A stretch of DNA of 64,000 nt, taken from NCBI RefSeq assembly GCF_009914755.1, contig NC_060929.1; one strand, written 5' to 3'. A program made the position numbers and the translations under genes. This document shows positions 40,540 to 56,765 of the stretch, piece after piece. Under the pieces are notes generated by a model that worked only from the letters and a program-made list of their open reading frames with translations, was not told where the DNA came from and made no database searches. This stretch comes from the human T2T-CHM13v2.0 reference genome, Homo sapiens. How positions within the stretch are numbered: the stretch's first letter is position 1; each line of letters starts with the position of its first letter.

Positions 40540-41067
40540 ATTAATTGACAGGTTTATAGTTGCGAGATAACCCAACTTGAACTTTAAATAATGAAAGGGA
40601 TATGCTGGCTCAAACAGATGAAAACTTGAAGTAAGTTTTGACCAATGACCTAAATGACATGACCAATGTCCAGTTTCTATCTCTCCATTCTTAGGACTGA
40701 TACCACATTATTAACCCCCATCTCAGGCAAGCTTTACCCTCAAGGCCATAAATTGCTATCACCCATAGCAGAGACTATTTGTCTCCTCATTTACATTCAA
40801 TAAGAAATATAAACTTTTATTTTTCCCATAGCTCATATATAAGTCTCAGAGTTGAGTCTCATTGACCTGGTTAAATTTAGCTACATAATATTCCCATAAT
40901 AGTTGAGGAATTAGGATATGTGTACTGGTACAGTGAAATTTGGGTCTATTCCCATTACTATAGTGGGTGATTTTTTTCATGCAAATATTATGTCTGGTTA
41001 ATTTAAGGTTGTGATAGGAAGATGAAGGGGGAATATGTGCTGAGGAGGCTAACAACAAATGGCTACA
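40540..41067 (-). mobile_element. Old MLT1 (J/K/L-like) MaLR LTR
   Basis: tagttgcgagataacccaact...ctttaaataatgaaagggatatgctggctca...catctcaggcaagct...gagtctcattgacc. Confidence 0.55.
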
Positions 41068-43274
41068 AAGCCAGATTGAACTGGTTCACCATTCATGCCC
41101 ATCTTAAAAGCACTTCCTTTCTGATACTGTGTATTCTACACCACATGCTGCCCTTTTCAGAATGTGGGTGAGGTGATACCTCCTTAATAAGGGTTCCTAG
41201 AACCTTGTCTCTCTTTTCTACCTGGTAACCTCTTCAACAGATGGGGGCCTCATGGAGTCACAGCCAGCAGGGTTCGGATTTGGGCATAAGCTGTGAAAGT
41301 AGAATCCGGTGTTCCCATCCCTGGTCTGCCTCCCCTCATTGTAGGATTAATCATTGTTCTAATGCTAGAGGACATAACACTATCTTTCCCATATTGAAAA
41401 TAAAACATACTTAACAGTGTGCTTGGCATATAGAAAGTGCCTAATAAATTAAATAATGGTTCTTCTTACAAAAATGAGACTAGTCTTAGAGAATGTGTCT
41501 ATAAAACATTTCCCAACTTCTCCCAGGCAAAGCCTCTGTCTCAAATCTGCTCCTTTGTGCCTTATACAAGTACACAAAAATAAGTGTCTGCAATGTGAAA
41601 AGTGACACGTAACTACCATTTCCCCTGCAGAAAACTGTAAACCCTTAACAGCAGGAATTTACCTATTTTTATTTCCACCAGACCAATTTAAATTGTTACC
41701 TTTTATGAAAAACTTCCTGCAGGCTAACATTTACTATAGATTGTATCATTAGTGCTTAGCCCAATTTTAGGTGTTGTTGGGTATTACCAAAATGGCACTG
41801 TCAAGAAGCTCTGGGCACTTTCTACTTAACAGAAATGTAGCTGAAAATATCGGGACATACAAAGGAAAGTAGGATTTTCATCACTACATGGATTCCTCAG
41901 GGAGGGAGATCACCGAGGCTAAGCCAGAGTGGATATCTTCACCCAAAGTAAAATTAGGTGAACCCTGAGATGGACCTGGCTAGAAGCTCTGGAAACAGAG
42001 CCTCATCTAAAGGAAGAAGTCTGCTTGTAGTAATGGGAAAACTTGCACATATGTTGGTATCTCTGTCCAGAGAGAAACAGAAAAGGCAAGTGTGTGGCTA
42101 CTAGATATCAACGCAAAGGATTACAACCAGAGAAATATAATGTATAAGAAAATTGGAAAGGATCACAGAGCTGACTACAGAGGATGACAGGCTTTACCTA
42201 TTAAAATTATGAGCAGTGCCTTCTCTTGTGAGTCTCACTGACCTTCATATATTTTCCTTTCCACTATTTTTCTTTCATCAACATAACCTCAAATCAATAT
42301 TATTATTTTTCTTCTTTTACCTCACTGCAGACCAGACTTTCCCTTGTGGCACCATTTCCTGCTTCTGGAAAATGAAAACAGACACATTTCTACATTTTTA
42401 TATGATTTGTCCCTAACATTGCTCCTGGCTTCTCCAATACTGCTATTTTAGCATCTGTAAGCATTTGGCTTCATCATTCTAAAAAACAAAACAAAAAACA
42501 AACAAAAACACACTTCATGTCTTTCTAAACTATGCAGAGGTTATCAAGGTACAACAATGTTACATCTGCTGTGATTCTAATAAATTCTAAATTAAGAGTA
42601 TGAAATCCAGAATGTCTCTTGTTGGTAGCCCATGCCATGCCAAAAAAAAAAAAAAAAAACAAAAACACTGGCTGTCTTTGCTTCTCTTGACTACTTTCCA
42701 GATCCCCTCATGAAGTAAATTTGAATGAAAAGAAAGGATGAAAGGAACACTGTTCAACCATGGGCAATCTGAGCAAGAGGCTGGGTTAGAAAAATGTGTA
42801 AATGGAAAATTGGTGGGGGGGATGATGACAACTTGAGCTGAAAATTTTAAGAGTGCTTTCATGCTATGCATATGCTTTTTCATGAGCCTGCACATTTATT
42901 GATATTAAATAAAATATTCTCTGACGTGTAAATGTACCTGACGTGAATATACACTGTTCTCCATTTCATCCCATAAATAATTAACTATTTTTTTTCCCAG
43001 GAGTGCCTAAGGAAGATTTCAGATTAGGAGGTCATTCTTAGAAAAACAATTTTGAGGTTTCTTTTCTGGGGAAGGAGAAAGGGCTTTGACTTTTCATTGA
43101 TAACCTCAAATATATTTTTAATCAATTATTTCCCTTCATTTTCCTTTACGCTTCTATTTGAGGTGCCCAACCTTTAAAAGTCTTACCTTTAAGGGAACTA
43201 ATCTTTATAGAGGAGACTAGAGCTCCATAAAGCTGGTACTGATAATAATATGTTTTTGGCCATCTTTACTAAAT

Positions 43275-43580
43275 TAACTCACAGGTGAGTTTTAGACAAG
43301 TCATACTTCTTTGTTGGATCTCAGCAGCATGCATAAAACAACTGGAATTGGACTAGATGAAAAATAGTCCTTTTGCATTGTTGGTATAGTGATTTCCAAA
43401 TACTTTACAAACCTTATATTTAGTATCTATAATAAAACCCTTAGGGGTATATTTTAGCAGATGAGGGAACTGAGGCTCAAACAGGCTGAGCGGCATGAAC
43501 AAGTTCACTCAGGACTGCAGAGTAGAGCAAGCATTTGAAGCCAGAGCTCTCGGGCTCTGCAAACCATGGCACTTTTATTA
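43275..43580. mobile_element. Two MIR fragments (plus-strand MIR3-like, then minus-strand MIR)
   Basis: gacaagtcatacttc...ttggactagatga; then cagatgagggaactgaggctcaaacagg...gcatttgaagccag. Confidence 0.6.
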
Positions 43581-44657
43581 GGCTACAGTTATCAGCCCTG
43601 AGGTGGTAGAGGAGATGGCTATCCAGCCTTGAGATACTATCACTATATTCAGGTGAAGATTCTTGTCTCCAAAAGAGCAGGTCAAAAACTTAAAAAAGTA
43701 TAGGTTTATTGAATATCTGTTACATGCCAAGTACTATGATAGGAACTGAAGATGAGAGATATCTATTTTTTAAAGAGAGAGAGAAAAGGTAACATTTCAC
43801 TGAACTTGAGGAACATAATAGCACCTATTGAAGAAGGCAAAAAAATGTTAAAGCATATTACAATGCAATATGTGAAATAATTGGATATTAGGACATTTGT
43901 CTCTCTTATAGCATAGTAATTAGCATTAAAAGAGAATTGAGAGAAGAGACTTTGTTGATTAAATATTGCATTTCCTATCACTCCTAGTACTTGGGTGTGC
44001 ACTCCTCATTGTTTAAAGGAAAAGTTACATTTTTGAAATAACTGTTACATAATAGACATTATCAACCACATTGCAAATATATAAATATATTTAATTTTTA
44101 AAAGTTTATTTTCAATATTTAAAATAATCTAAATCAAGAATCTCTGCGAGAAAAGACATACTTGTGGTGAACAGCTCTGCAGAGCATTGTGGACTGGAAA
44201 TCCACAGGAGGCCATGGCAGCTACTTCATTTATTTTATAGCTAGCAAGTTGCCAGAGAGCTTTGGAGGAAATGGAGAAACTCAAGTAAGTTAGACAAGAG
44301 CTAGGTGAAGGTAATTCAGGCAATGGTTAAAAAGATGGATATTTTTATTATAATTAATAAGAATTAATGCAGTTTTAGGAGATAGTAGTGGCAATTGTAA
44401 ATAATGAAGGTAAAAATTTAATAACTGAATGAAATTTAAAATTAATTGTTATTGATAGCCAAAAATCTTCCCTGCAAGAAGGTACTTACGTTAAGCTAAA
44501 TTGGTTAGAATGATTCATTCTTTGAATGGAGGAGTGTGAGCCTGAAAAGTCTCAGTGAGAGAATCCTGATATAGTTTACTTAGCTAGAAGCAGGTGCCTA
44601 AGAGTATAACAGAAAGGGAACACTATTTCAGTAAGGGACTAGAGCAATCTTTTAGTC

Positions 44658-44955
44658 AAGTCCTATTCAAACCATCTGTATTAAATGAATATGTTTTTCT
44701 AAAATAAACAAAAGATTATTTTTAAAATTTCTAATCCATTGTAGATCAATATTTTGCAAAATTCAATAAAAATAGAAAAATAAAAGACATACACAATATA
44801 AGCTTAACTTTAAAAAATATGTTGCTTGGCAAATATAAAAGTATATTGTTTAATTGTTATACATTTCCTAAATTCTTATTCTTTAATTTCTACATTTGAA
44901 TAACCAAGAACCAATAATGGTTTGCAGATTACTAGATTATTTTTGGAGAAGTCCA
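44658..44955. mobile_element. hAT-Charlie MITE remnant
   Basis: ttcaaaccatctgt...aatccattgtagatcaatattttgcaaaattcaataaaaat...aaagacatacacaatataagc...aatttctac resembles a short Charlie element. Confidence 0.5.
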
Positions 44956-44962
44956 CACACAG

Positions 44963-45380
44963 TGTATTAGTTAGGATAAAATTAGCTAAGGTAATAAGTA
45001 AACTCCCAAATATGCAAAGGCTCAAACACAATAGAGGTTTATTTCTTGCAAAAGAGTCTTAGGTGGCAATCCTTAATGCAACAGTGCAGCAATGAGGTTC
45101 TTGACCATGCAACTTTCCCAGGCCTTGTGTGCCAAACATGCATCTTAATCCAGACAAAAGAGAGAGAGCAGGTATGCAGAGGCACCTGCCTTTTAAAATG
45201 CTTAGGCCTAAAAGCAACATACATCCCTTCTACTTATATTGGTGAGAATTATGCATGTGATCATGCATAGATACAGGGAGTTTGGGCAATATAATTCGTG
45301 ACTGTACAGACACCTCCCAGCAGTTACTCTATATTATTGTAGAGGAAGCATGAACTTGGGTGGACAGCCAACTTTTTCTA
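44963..45380 (-). mobile_element. MLT1I/J-like MaLR LTR
   Basis: tgtattagttaggata...ggctcaaacacaatagaggtttatttctt...catacatcccttctacttatattggtgagaatt...tgggtggacagc. Confidence 0.75.
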
Positions 45381-46254
45381 GCTTGCCTCATCAAAAACAA
45401 ATCATTGTTTTGGCTTCTGTGTATCTTTTGTTATGAGAGTAACAACAAAAACAAAAATGATTATAATAATGTCAGATAAAATAGTCAATATTTATTCAGA
45501 AACTCCAGTATACCAGATATAGAAGTAAGGACTTTTAGTCATGATTTTATTTTAAATAGATAAATTGGCATTTCCAGTATTAGTAAGGATTTGTAAAAGG
45601 TATTTTGAGTTGATTGCCTCTGGGTGGGCTAATAGGGGGGACTTCTATATTTTTGTGGCTGAAGGCAGGACTTTAGGAGAAAAATGCCTCATAGAAGCGC
45701 ATATATATCTTTCCCTTGTATCACTGCTTTCCACTGTGAATATATCAATAGAGACACAGGATTTTAAACATATACCAGACGTTATAGGGGAAGATGCTCT
45801 GGCTTACATAGTATTTGGGATTGGTGAGATAATGAGTCAAAACAGTATTGTTTTTCTTCCCACTTTGGCTGGGAAATTTATAAGACAATGACAACTCTCT
45901 TCCAACATATTTTGGCTGATATTCCTTTTGATTGTGTATCAACGTCTCAGGCAGGATGGGGCACAGGGAAAATTTCCATAGTTAGCAAGGCAACAATTCA
46001 TTTGGTCAGACTGGAAAATAATATCATGTGGTTTCCAAGGAAATTTTGAAAAAATCTTCCCAAACATAAAGGTTTTTATTTTCCTCCTTAAAGGGAAATT
46101 ATTGCAACTGGGAGTATTCTTGATTTGACATCCCAAAAAGAAAACAAATGTGTCTGAGATGAAATAGGAACTGGAAAAAGAAAAAATAAAATGAATGAAC
46201 TTACTTTTCCTTATACTGTTTTATCATTTTACCTTCAATATAGAGTGAAAACCC

Positions 46255-46536
46255 ATATATATATATGTGTATATATATGTATATATGTGTATATATATGT
46301 ATATATGTGTATATATGTGTATATATGTATATATGTGTATATATGTGTATATGTGTATATATGTGTGTATATATGTGTATATATGTATATATGTGTATAT
46401 ATGTATATATGTGTGTATATATGTATATATGTGTATATACATATATGTATATGTATATGTGTGTATATACATATATGTATATGTATATATGTGTATATAC
46501 ATATATGTATATGTATATATGTGTATATATATGTAT
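46255..46536. repeat. Compound (TA)n/(TG)n microsatellite, ~280 bp
   Basis: Strict purine-pyrimidine alternation (atatatgtgt, atatgtat units), with a ~30-bp higher-order unit repeated at ~46430-46520. Confidence 0.97.
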
Positions 46537-46579
46537 TTTAGCTGCTTTGATGTGACAACAAAATATAATGAGGAAGCAT

Positions 46580-50390
<3,811 letters not shown>

Positions 50391-50590
50391 TTGAAGAGAA
50401 ATTAAAGAAAGTATGGAAATCCCAGAAGGAATACTTTGATAGAAGAAGGTCTCCTTAACACAATTCTTCACCTAAAATTGTGAGAAACTCTTTCTGTTGT
50501 GTCTTAGTAAATGGAGATTTCCAGATTTCACTGACATTGCTGAAGACAGGCAAAGTAGGATTAGGGCTGCAATTCTAGATAATGTGTTTT

Positions 50591-51284
50591 TTTTTAATTA
50601 TTATTGTATTTTAAGTTCTGGGATACACGTGCAGAACATGCAGGTTTGTTATATAGGTATATATATGTGCCATGGTGGTTTGCTGCACCCATCAACCTAT
50701 CATCTACATTAGGTATTTCTCCTAATGCTATCCCTCCCCTTGCTCCCCACCCACCTCCAGGCACCAGTGTGTGATATTCCTCTACCCATGCCCATATGTT
50801 CTCATTGTTCAAATCCCAATTATGAATGAAAACATGCGGTGTTTGGTTTTCTGTTCCTGTGTTAGTTTACTGAGAATGATGGTTTTATGAACAGACACTT
50901 TTCAAAAGAAGACATTTATATGGCCAACAAACATATGAATAATAGCTTATCTTCACTGGTCATTAGAGAAAAGCAAATCAAATCCACAATGAGTTACCAT
51001 CTCATACCAGTTAGAATGGTGATCATTAAAAAAGTCAGGAAACAACAGATGCTGGAGAGGATGTGGAGAAATAGTAATGCTTTTACACTGTTGGGAGTGT
51101 AAATTAGTTCAACCATTGTGGAAGACAGTGTGGTGATTCCTCAAGGATCTGGAACTAGAAACACCATTTGACCCAGCAATCCCATTACTGGGTATATACC
51201 CAAAGGATTATAAATCATCCCACTATAAAGACACATGCACACGTATGTTTATTGCAGCACTTTTCACAATAGCAAAGACTTGGA
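50591..51284 (-). mobile_element. L1PA7/8-like element with 5' inversion
   Basis: Antisense 3' end (50591-50885) joined directly to a sense ORF2-end segment (50886-51284); degenerate TSD gataatgtgtttt / gagaatgtggtttct. Confidence 0.9.
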
Positions 51285-51848
51285 GAATGTGGTTTCTAAG
51301 AACTAGAAATAATAACATAAAAGACTTGTAGAAGGAGCCCACATGACGTGATAACACTTCTCACTAGCAATATTATGTCTTCAAAATGGCTATGAGAAGA
51401 ACTTTTACTATTTTTTGTAAATCACTGCCCAGGAATTTTTTTTTAAACATGACCTTTTAAGTCATCTTGAGTCACCTTACTTGATTGTGAAGAAAATAAG
51501 AAATTAAAGCTGGGGAAAGGTGGGTTACTTACCTTTTAAAAACATAGTTTTGGATAAAAGATATTTTAAAAAAATGATTCCTGCCTTTTGAACCAGAATT
51601 TCATCCTGAAATCTAAAATAAGAAAAAAATATAGAAAATGTTTTTAAAATGTGTGAAGGTTTATAAATAATACTTTTATTAAAAAGTTGGATCATTTAAA
51701 ATTTCCCATGTGATTATAATTATGTCAAAAATAAAAATACAAATATATACACAAACAGAAATAAATATTTAAATAAAATAATGTTGTGTTTTCTAAGATG
51801 GCTGGTATTATGTATTTATTATTATTTTCCTTATTTTAAAGGGATTAA

Positions 51849-51890
51849 ATTAACACTAGTACCATATTTTTTCATGGTACTAGTGTTAAT
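51849..51890. repeat. Perfect inverted repeat (17-bp arms, 8-nt spacer)
   Basis: attaacactagtaccat-attttttc-atggtactagtgttaat. Confidence 0.95.
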
Positions 51891-52169
51891 CTTGCATGCA
51901 ACATGTTTTTGAAAATCTCATGTTTTCATCATTTGGTCCCTAAAAGTAATCCAGAGAATCTAAGATTATAGATATTAGTAAGAAGCCAAGATTATATGTC
52001 TTAATAAGGTTAAATCTCTGTGAGAAACGGTAGCTGTGGTAGAGAGAACAATTCAAAGACAAAAATTACTAAATTGTCTTTAATTGAGCAACTTCTGTTA
52101 TTATTGTTTTTCCTCTGTGGCAGGCTGTACTGGGATGCATATTAGATGATCAGAATTTGCTCTGATTTT

Positions 52170-52657
52170 AATTGCTTATCCATTACTGTATATTATTTTT
52201 AAACTTGTCAGCATTAAAAAAAAAACACAAATATTTACTATCTGAGAGTTTCTGTGGTTCGGGAATCTGGGTGTTATTTAGCCTGGAGCCTTTGGCTCAA
52301 GCTCTTTCAAGAAGTTGTAGTCAAGCTGTTGGCAGGAGTTGCAGCCCCATCTGAAGGTTCCACTGAGCAGGGGGAGTCTATTTCCAAGCTAACTCATATG
52401 GCTTACGCCTGGCCTTGGTAATGAGATGGAGAGAGAGATAGAAAGACAGAGTTAGATGGAGAAATGAGAGAAATCACCCCAGATGGAAGTTGCAATCTTT
52501 TTATAACCCAACTAAGAGTTGGCATCGTGTCTCTTCTGCCAATTCCTGTCAGAAGTGAATCAGTAAGTCTAGTCCACACTCAGGGAGACAGGATTATTAC
52601 ACACAGGCATGAATGCCAGAAATCCAGAATCCCTGGGGGTTAGAGACTTTCGACCAC
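52170..52657 (-). mobile_element. MLT1F-like MaLR LTR
   Basis: gtttctgtggttcgggaatctggg...tggctcaag...gttgtagtcaagctgttggcagg...catctgaagg...gtccacactcagggagacaggatt...gaccaca. Confidence 0.8.
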
Positions 52658-53439
52658 AGCTCACATCAGTTTTTCTATCACCAAGGCTCACCCTGGTCCT
52701 TTAGGGACTCTGATCTTTCTACCTGGCTTGCACCTGTGCTGGCTGTCACATACACTCACATTCATAAAATGTTGATCATTTCTAATCTGAGTTAGGGAAT
52801 GTTAATGCATTAATCATTAAACTCAGGTTTCTTCTTAATATGTTAGTTGCCTTCTTTCTTAATCACATTTTTTTTTTTTTGCTGAGTGATTAATAAAAAA
52901 TCAGTGGTTTGAGGGTCTGTAAGAAAACCACATTTCTAATTATTTGTATTGAGTAACTGATCTAAAATGATAGACAACAGATATTGAGCTGATTTGTGTT
53001 ACGAGTAGGATAAAAACAGCCATAATTTCTACAATAGATTAATAAAACAAATCTCAATGACTAAATGCTTAGAAGTGTAAAGCATAGTCATAAATACAGT
53101 TCAATGTGTAGGCAGTAAATGCCATAAGTAATCTTCCAATTCTAGATATTTCTTACCACTGAAGTGGAAAATAAGCAACTTAACCTACAACTAAGCTTGA
53201 ACCCTGTGGGATTAATAAATAACCAGAAGTTTAAATACTTAGTTTAATTTTAGGATGAGAATGACATAAGCTTATTACTCACATAAGACTCTCTTGAATT
53301 TTCTACATTATCTACCAAATATAACCACTGAAAATTGTACTGATTGATAGTTGTGGTTAAGTTTGTAATTTACTCATTTGACTTTTTTCTCCCTAAAGTA
53401 CCCAAGACTTATTTTGAAATAGCACACCCTTTATTTTGT

Positions 53440-53935
53440 AGAATTAGTCTACTTGTCCTCCCTCCCGCTATAATATATAGCCCCTAAAGGAGCTGCCATT
53501 TCCTTAAATAACCTGCCTTCTCCCAGCCATCTAGAGTCAGGGATGGCTGGGAATCATCTTCAGGTATGTATTGTACTCTATTTTCTTGAGCATAGTTACT
53601 GGTTTTGGATTGGACCCATGACCATGGGTCAGCCAATCAGAACTTTACTCTGTGATATTTTGAATAAGCCAAAACGAAGAGCCCTTCCCTCCTATGTGAC
53701 AAAGATGAGAAGCTGAGAACCTTGGCCTGCTGTCTCCACTGCTTCGAAGACATGGAAATGGGTGGTCTGAATGAAGCTGACTCCTAGAGTCAAGAGCCTG
53801 GTTATTTTAGAGTCTCTGCTTTCAGTCATCTCTAAGGTCAGCTGTGCCTGCTGTTGCCAGATATGTTGCATGGGTCAATACCTTTTTTAAAACTTTTGTC
53901 TAAGCACATCTAAATTTGGTTAATATTACTAGATA
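53440..53935 (+). mobile_element. LTR33-like ERVL LTR
   Basis: gagcatagttactggtttt...catgaccatgggtcagccaatcagaac...gaatgaagctgac...gggtcaatacctttt...ctaagcacatctaaatttggtt. Confidence 0.5.
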
Positions 53936-54184
53936 TCATCACATCTTAGATCATGCAGATATATTCATATTGCATATATTAAGAGGTAATAATATGAATG
54001 AAATAAAGAGACAAGTAAAATGGAAAATAAATAGGTTAAGAAAACTAAATAATGCATTCATATAGGCTAACAGTAAGTGATAGAGAAATATAATTTGAAC
54101 TTGCAGAATAACTGAGTTTGAATGAGTTTTGATTTGAAAAACTGAATTTGAGCAAAGTATTAATTTATATTAAAACAGAGAAAT

Positions 54185-54405
54185 GGCTATAGTTTATTGA
54201 CAGCTTATTACAAGCCAGACACTGAACCATGGTTTGGACTTATGTGGATAATACTTCTTAATTATTACCTTTTTTAAATCAATGCTCTGACCTAGGTATT
54301 ATTATTTTCATTTTACTGATGAAGAAACTGAGTCTAGTAGAGGTAACTACCCTTACTCCAGGCCTTCTAGTAAGTGCAGTCAGGATTTGAACTGTTTGAC
54401 TACAA
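54185..54405 (-). mobile_element. MIR SINE
   Basis: tttattgacagcttattacaagccagacactg...taggtattattattttcattttactgatgaagaaactgag...caggatttgaac. Confidence 0.75.
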
Positions 54406-54473
54406 GTATTTATTAAGGCCAGGCTAGGCAGATTACAGATTATTTTTGTTCTGTAGGCAGTTGAGAGATACTA

Positions 54474-54476
<3 letters not shown>

Positions 54477-54508
<32 letters not shown>
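54477..54508. repeat. (TG)n microsatellite within an L2 remnant
   Basis: About 15 perfect TG units. Confidence 0.95.
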
Positions 54509-54510
<2 letters not shown>

Positions 54511-55900
54511 AAAGCAATATCTACCTTCGTGAAAGCTCTATTTTTAGAAGATGAGTTTTCACAGCAGTGTGCAGAAATGGATTGGAGAAAGGCCAGGCAT
54601 ATGTTAGGAAGCCATTCAGTAGGCTAAAGCAGCAGCCCATGTGTGGGATGATACTGGGAAACATTTAAAATAAGCAAAGCTACAGGCTCGGTGAGTGGGT
54701 GAAACTTCCCACTCTGTAAAATACAGGACCAGATTTTGTATGTATGATTTACTATTCCCCAGGCAATGTATATGATAGAAAATCTTATTGTTAGGGGAAA
54801 TGTATAACACTTCTTATCTGATCAGTGTCAACAGCAGCAAATGTGACCTTTCCTCATAGAACAGTAAGTAAAAGATGGCCACTGGAACAGATTCAGTGAT
54901 GTTGTGCTACGCAGCTTGGATCACATGGAATTGCTGGATTGATTTACAGTTACTACTTGGCCCTGTCTTCCCATATATGTGGAAAACTGCATATGTGTTT
55001 AGCTTGTATCTTATTACTCCTAGTTTTTTCCACTTTGCTTATATTTTGAAATTACTTGGAAGACAGGGAGTTGTTTAATAAATTTTGTCATAGTCCTGGT
55101 GAAGATGACACACCTTTACTATGTTGGATTTTTCTCTACCTCCCCGGAAAGAAGTGTAACACAAAGGCAGAGCAAAGGAAAGTTCCCAGAAATCCTGACT
55201 TTCAAACTGAATCATCAGCCACAAGCTGAACACTTGTATGCAATAAATCAAGAATGCAACATTTTATTCAGATGCCATGCATTAAAGCCAATTTACAGCC
55301 TCAGGTATTACTAAGTACCTTGGAGGAGTCAGTGACAGAAACAATAGACTTTCCAATTATTATGAAAAGGTGGTGAGAACCCGCTCTGCCCCTGTGAGAC
55401 ACTTCTTCATCCACAGTAACGATTTGGCTTCACTCTGGGCTATGCATGTTTCAGCAACCCATCTGATGGCCTCCCCAGTTCTGGGATTCTTTTCAAAGAT
55501 AAGGGTATCGAGTGACAATTTTAATGTTCTGCAGTTCTGAGTCACTCACCAAAGTGAAAATCCAACTTCAACTGCATGTAAAGATTGTAGCATTATCCTA
55601 ATAAGACAGAGAGGAGGAACTCATTGGAGGAATGATATCATGTTAATTAAAGCATTCAAAGCCACTTGATATTAGCATACCATTTGGATTAAATACATAA
55701 ATAACTTTGTTCACACTAGTGAGTTTATCAATTTACATTTAGTCAACTTTATGTACAGATATAGACATGTTCCTGTTGATGCCATGAATATTTTCAGGGT
55801 TTCTTTAAAGGGGAAATTTAAAAATGGCAATCTGATTTTGAATGGCCTAAAGGTTGTTGTGCTTCAAGCACATTTGCTTAACACTCCATAGAATTAAAAA

Positions 55901-55901
<1 letters not shown>

Positions 55902-55930
<29 letters not shown>
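55902..55930. repeat. (TG)n microsatellite
   Basis: About 14 perfect TG units. Confidence 0.95.
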
Positions 55931-55932
<2 letters not shown>

Positions 55933-56559
55933 TTCACATCAAAGAATGGGAGGTGTTCTTTAAAGCTGGAGAGGGTACTTTGAACCCTAATCAGGCCAGT
56001 GCCTCACACACCACTCTTTTCACCAGCCACTCCTTCGTACTCCTACTTAGTGACATTATTGATTATTTTACATTTTTAGGATGTCTGATAGAGTCTGTGT
56101 TCATTCAAGCTTAACCCAACTGTTTTGCAGCTTGAAACTTCAGTCAATTTTAAATTATTTTATCTATCCAACATCAAACAAATATCCTAACTAAAATTTT
56201 TACAGAAATAACAGAATTGGTCATTTGTGACACTAGATAATCATAGCCCAAAGCTACATTACTATAGTTAGAATAAACAACCATGTTAAAAACCAAGTAT
56301 GTAATTTAATCATTTGTAAAACTCAAAGAAAGCCATAGGAACTACTTCAGCGTTTATCTAGAAATGTATTAGTAGAAATTATAAATATTCAAAATTGATA
56401 TTTTGTATGTATAAATAAATTTTAGCAAATTAATTTGGTCTCTCTACAATGAATTCTGTACACTTTGAACATATTGCTTCCAGAATTATGTAAAATACTT
56501 GTAATTTAGACAATAAGGAAAGAGAATTTTTCTGAGGGCCTATTGCAAACCAACTTGTA

Positions 56560-56765
56560 ATGACAGCTCATAATTACTGAGTGCTTACAGTGTGCTCAGT
56601 ACTATAGGCTAACATTTGATATGTTTTCTCAGTATCCAAGGTTTTGATGAGAAAACTGAACTACAAATAGATTAAGTAATTTGACCAGGGCGATACGTAA
56701 GAATTGGAGCCATAATTTGAACTTGAGCAGTTTGATTACAGAACATTTGCATGTAACCTTTATCC
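56560..56765 (-). mobile_element. MIR SINE
   Basis: cagctcataattactgagtgcttacagtgtg...gatgagaaaactgaa...gattaagtaatttgacc...ggagccataatttgaact. Confidence 0.7.
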
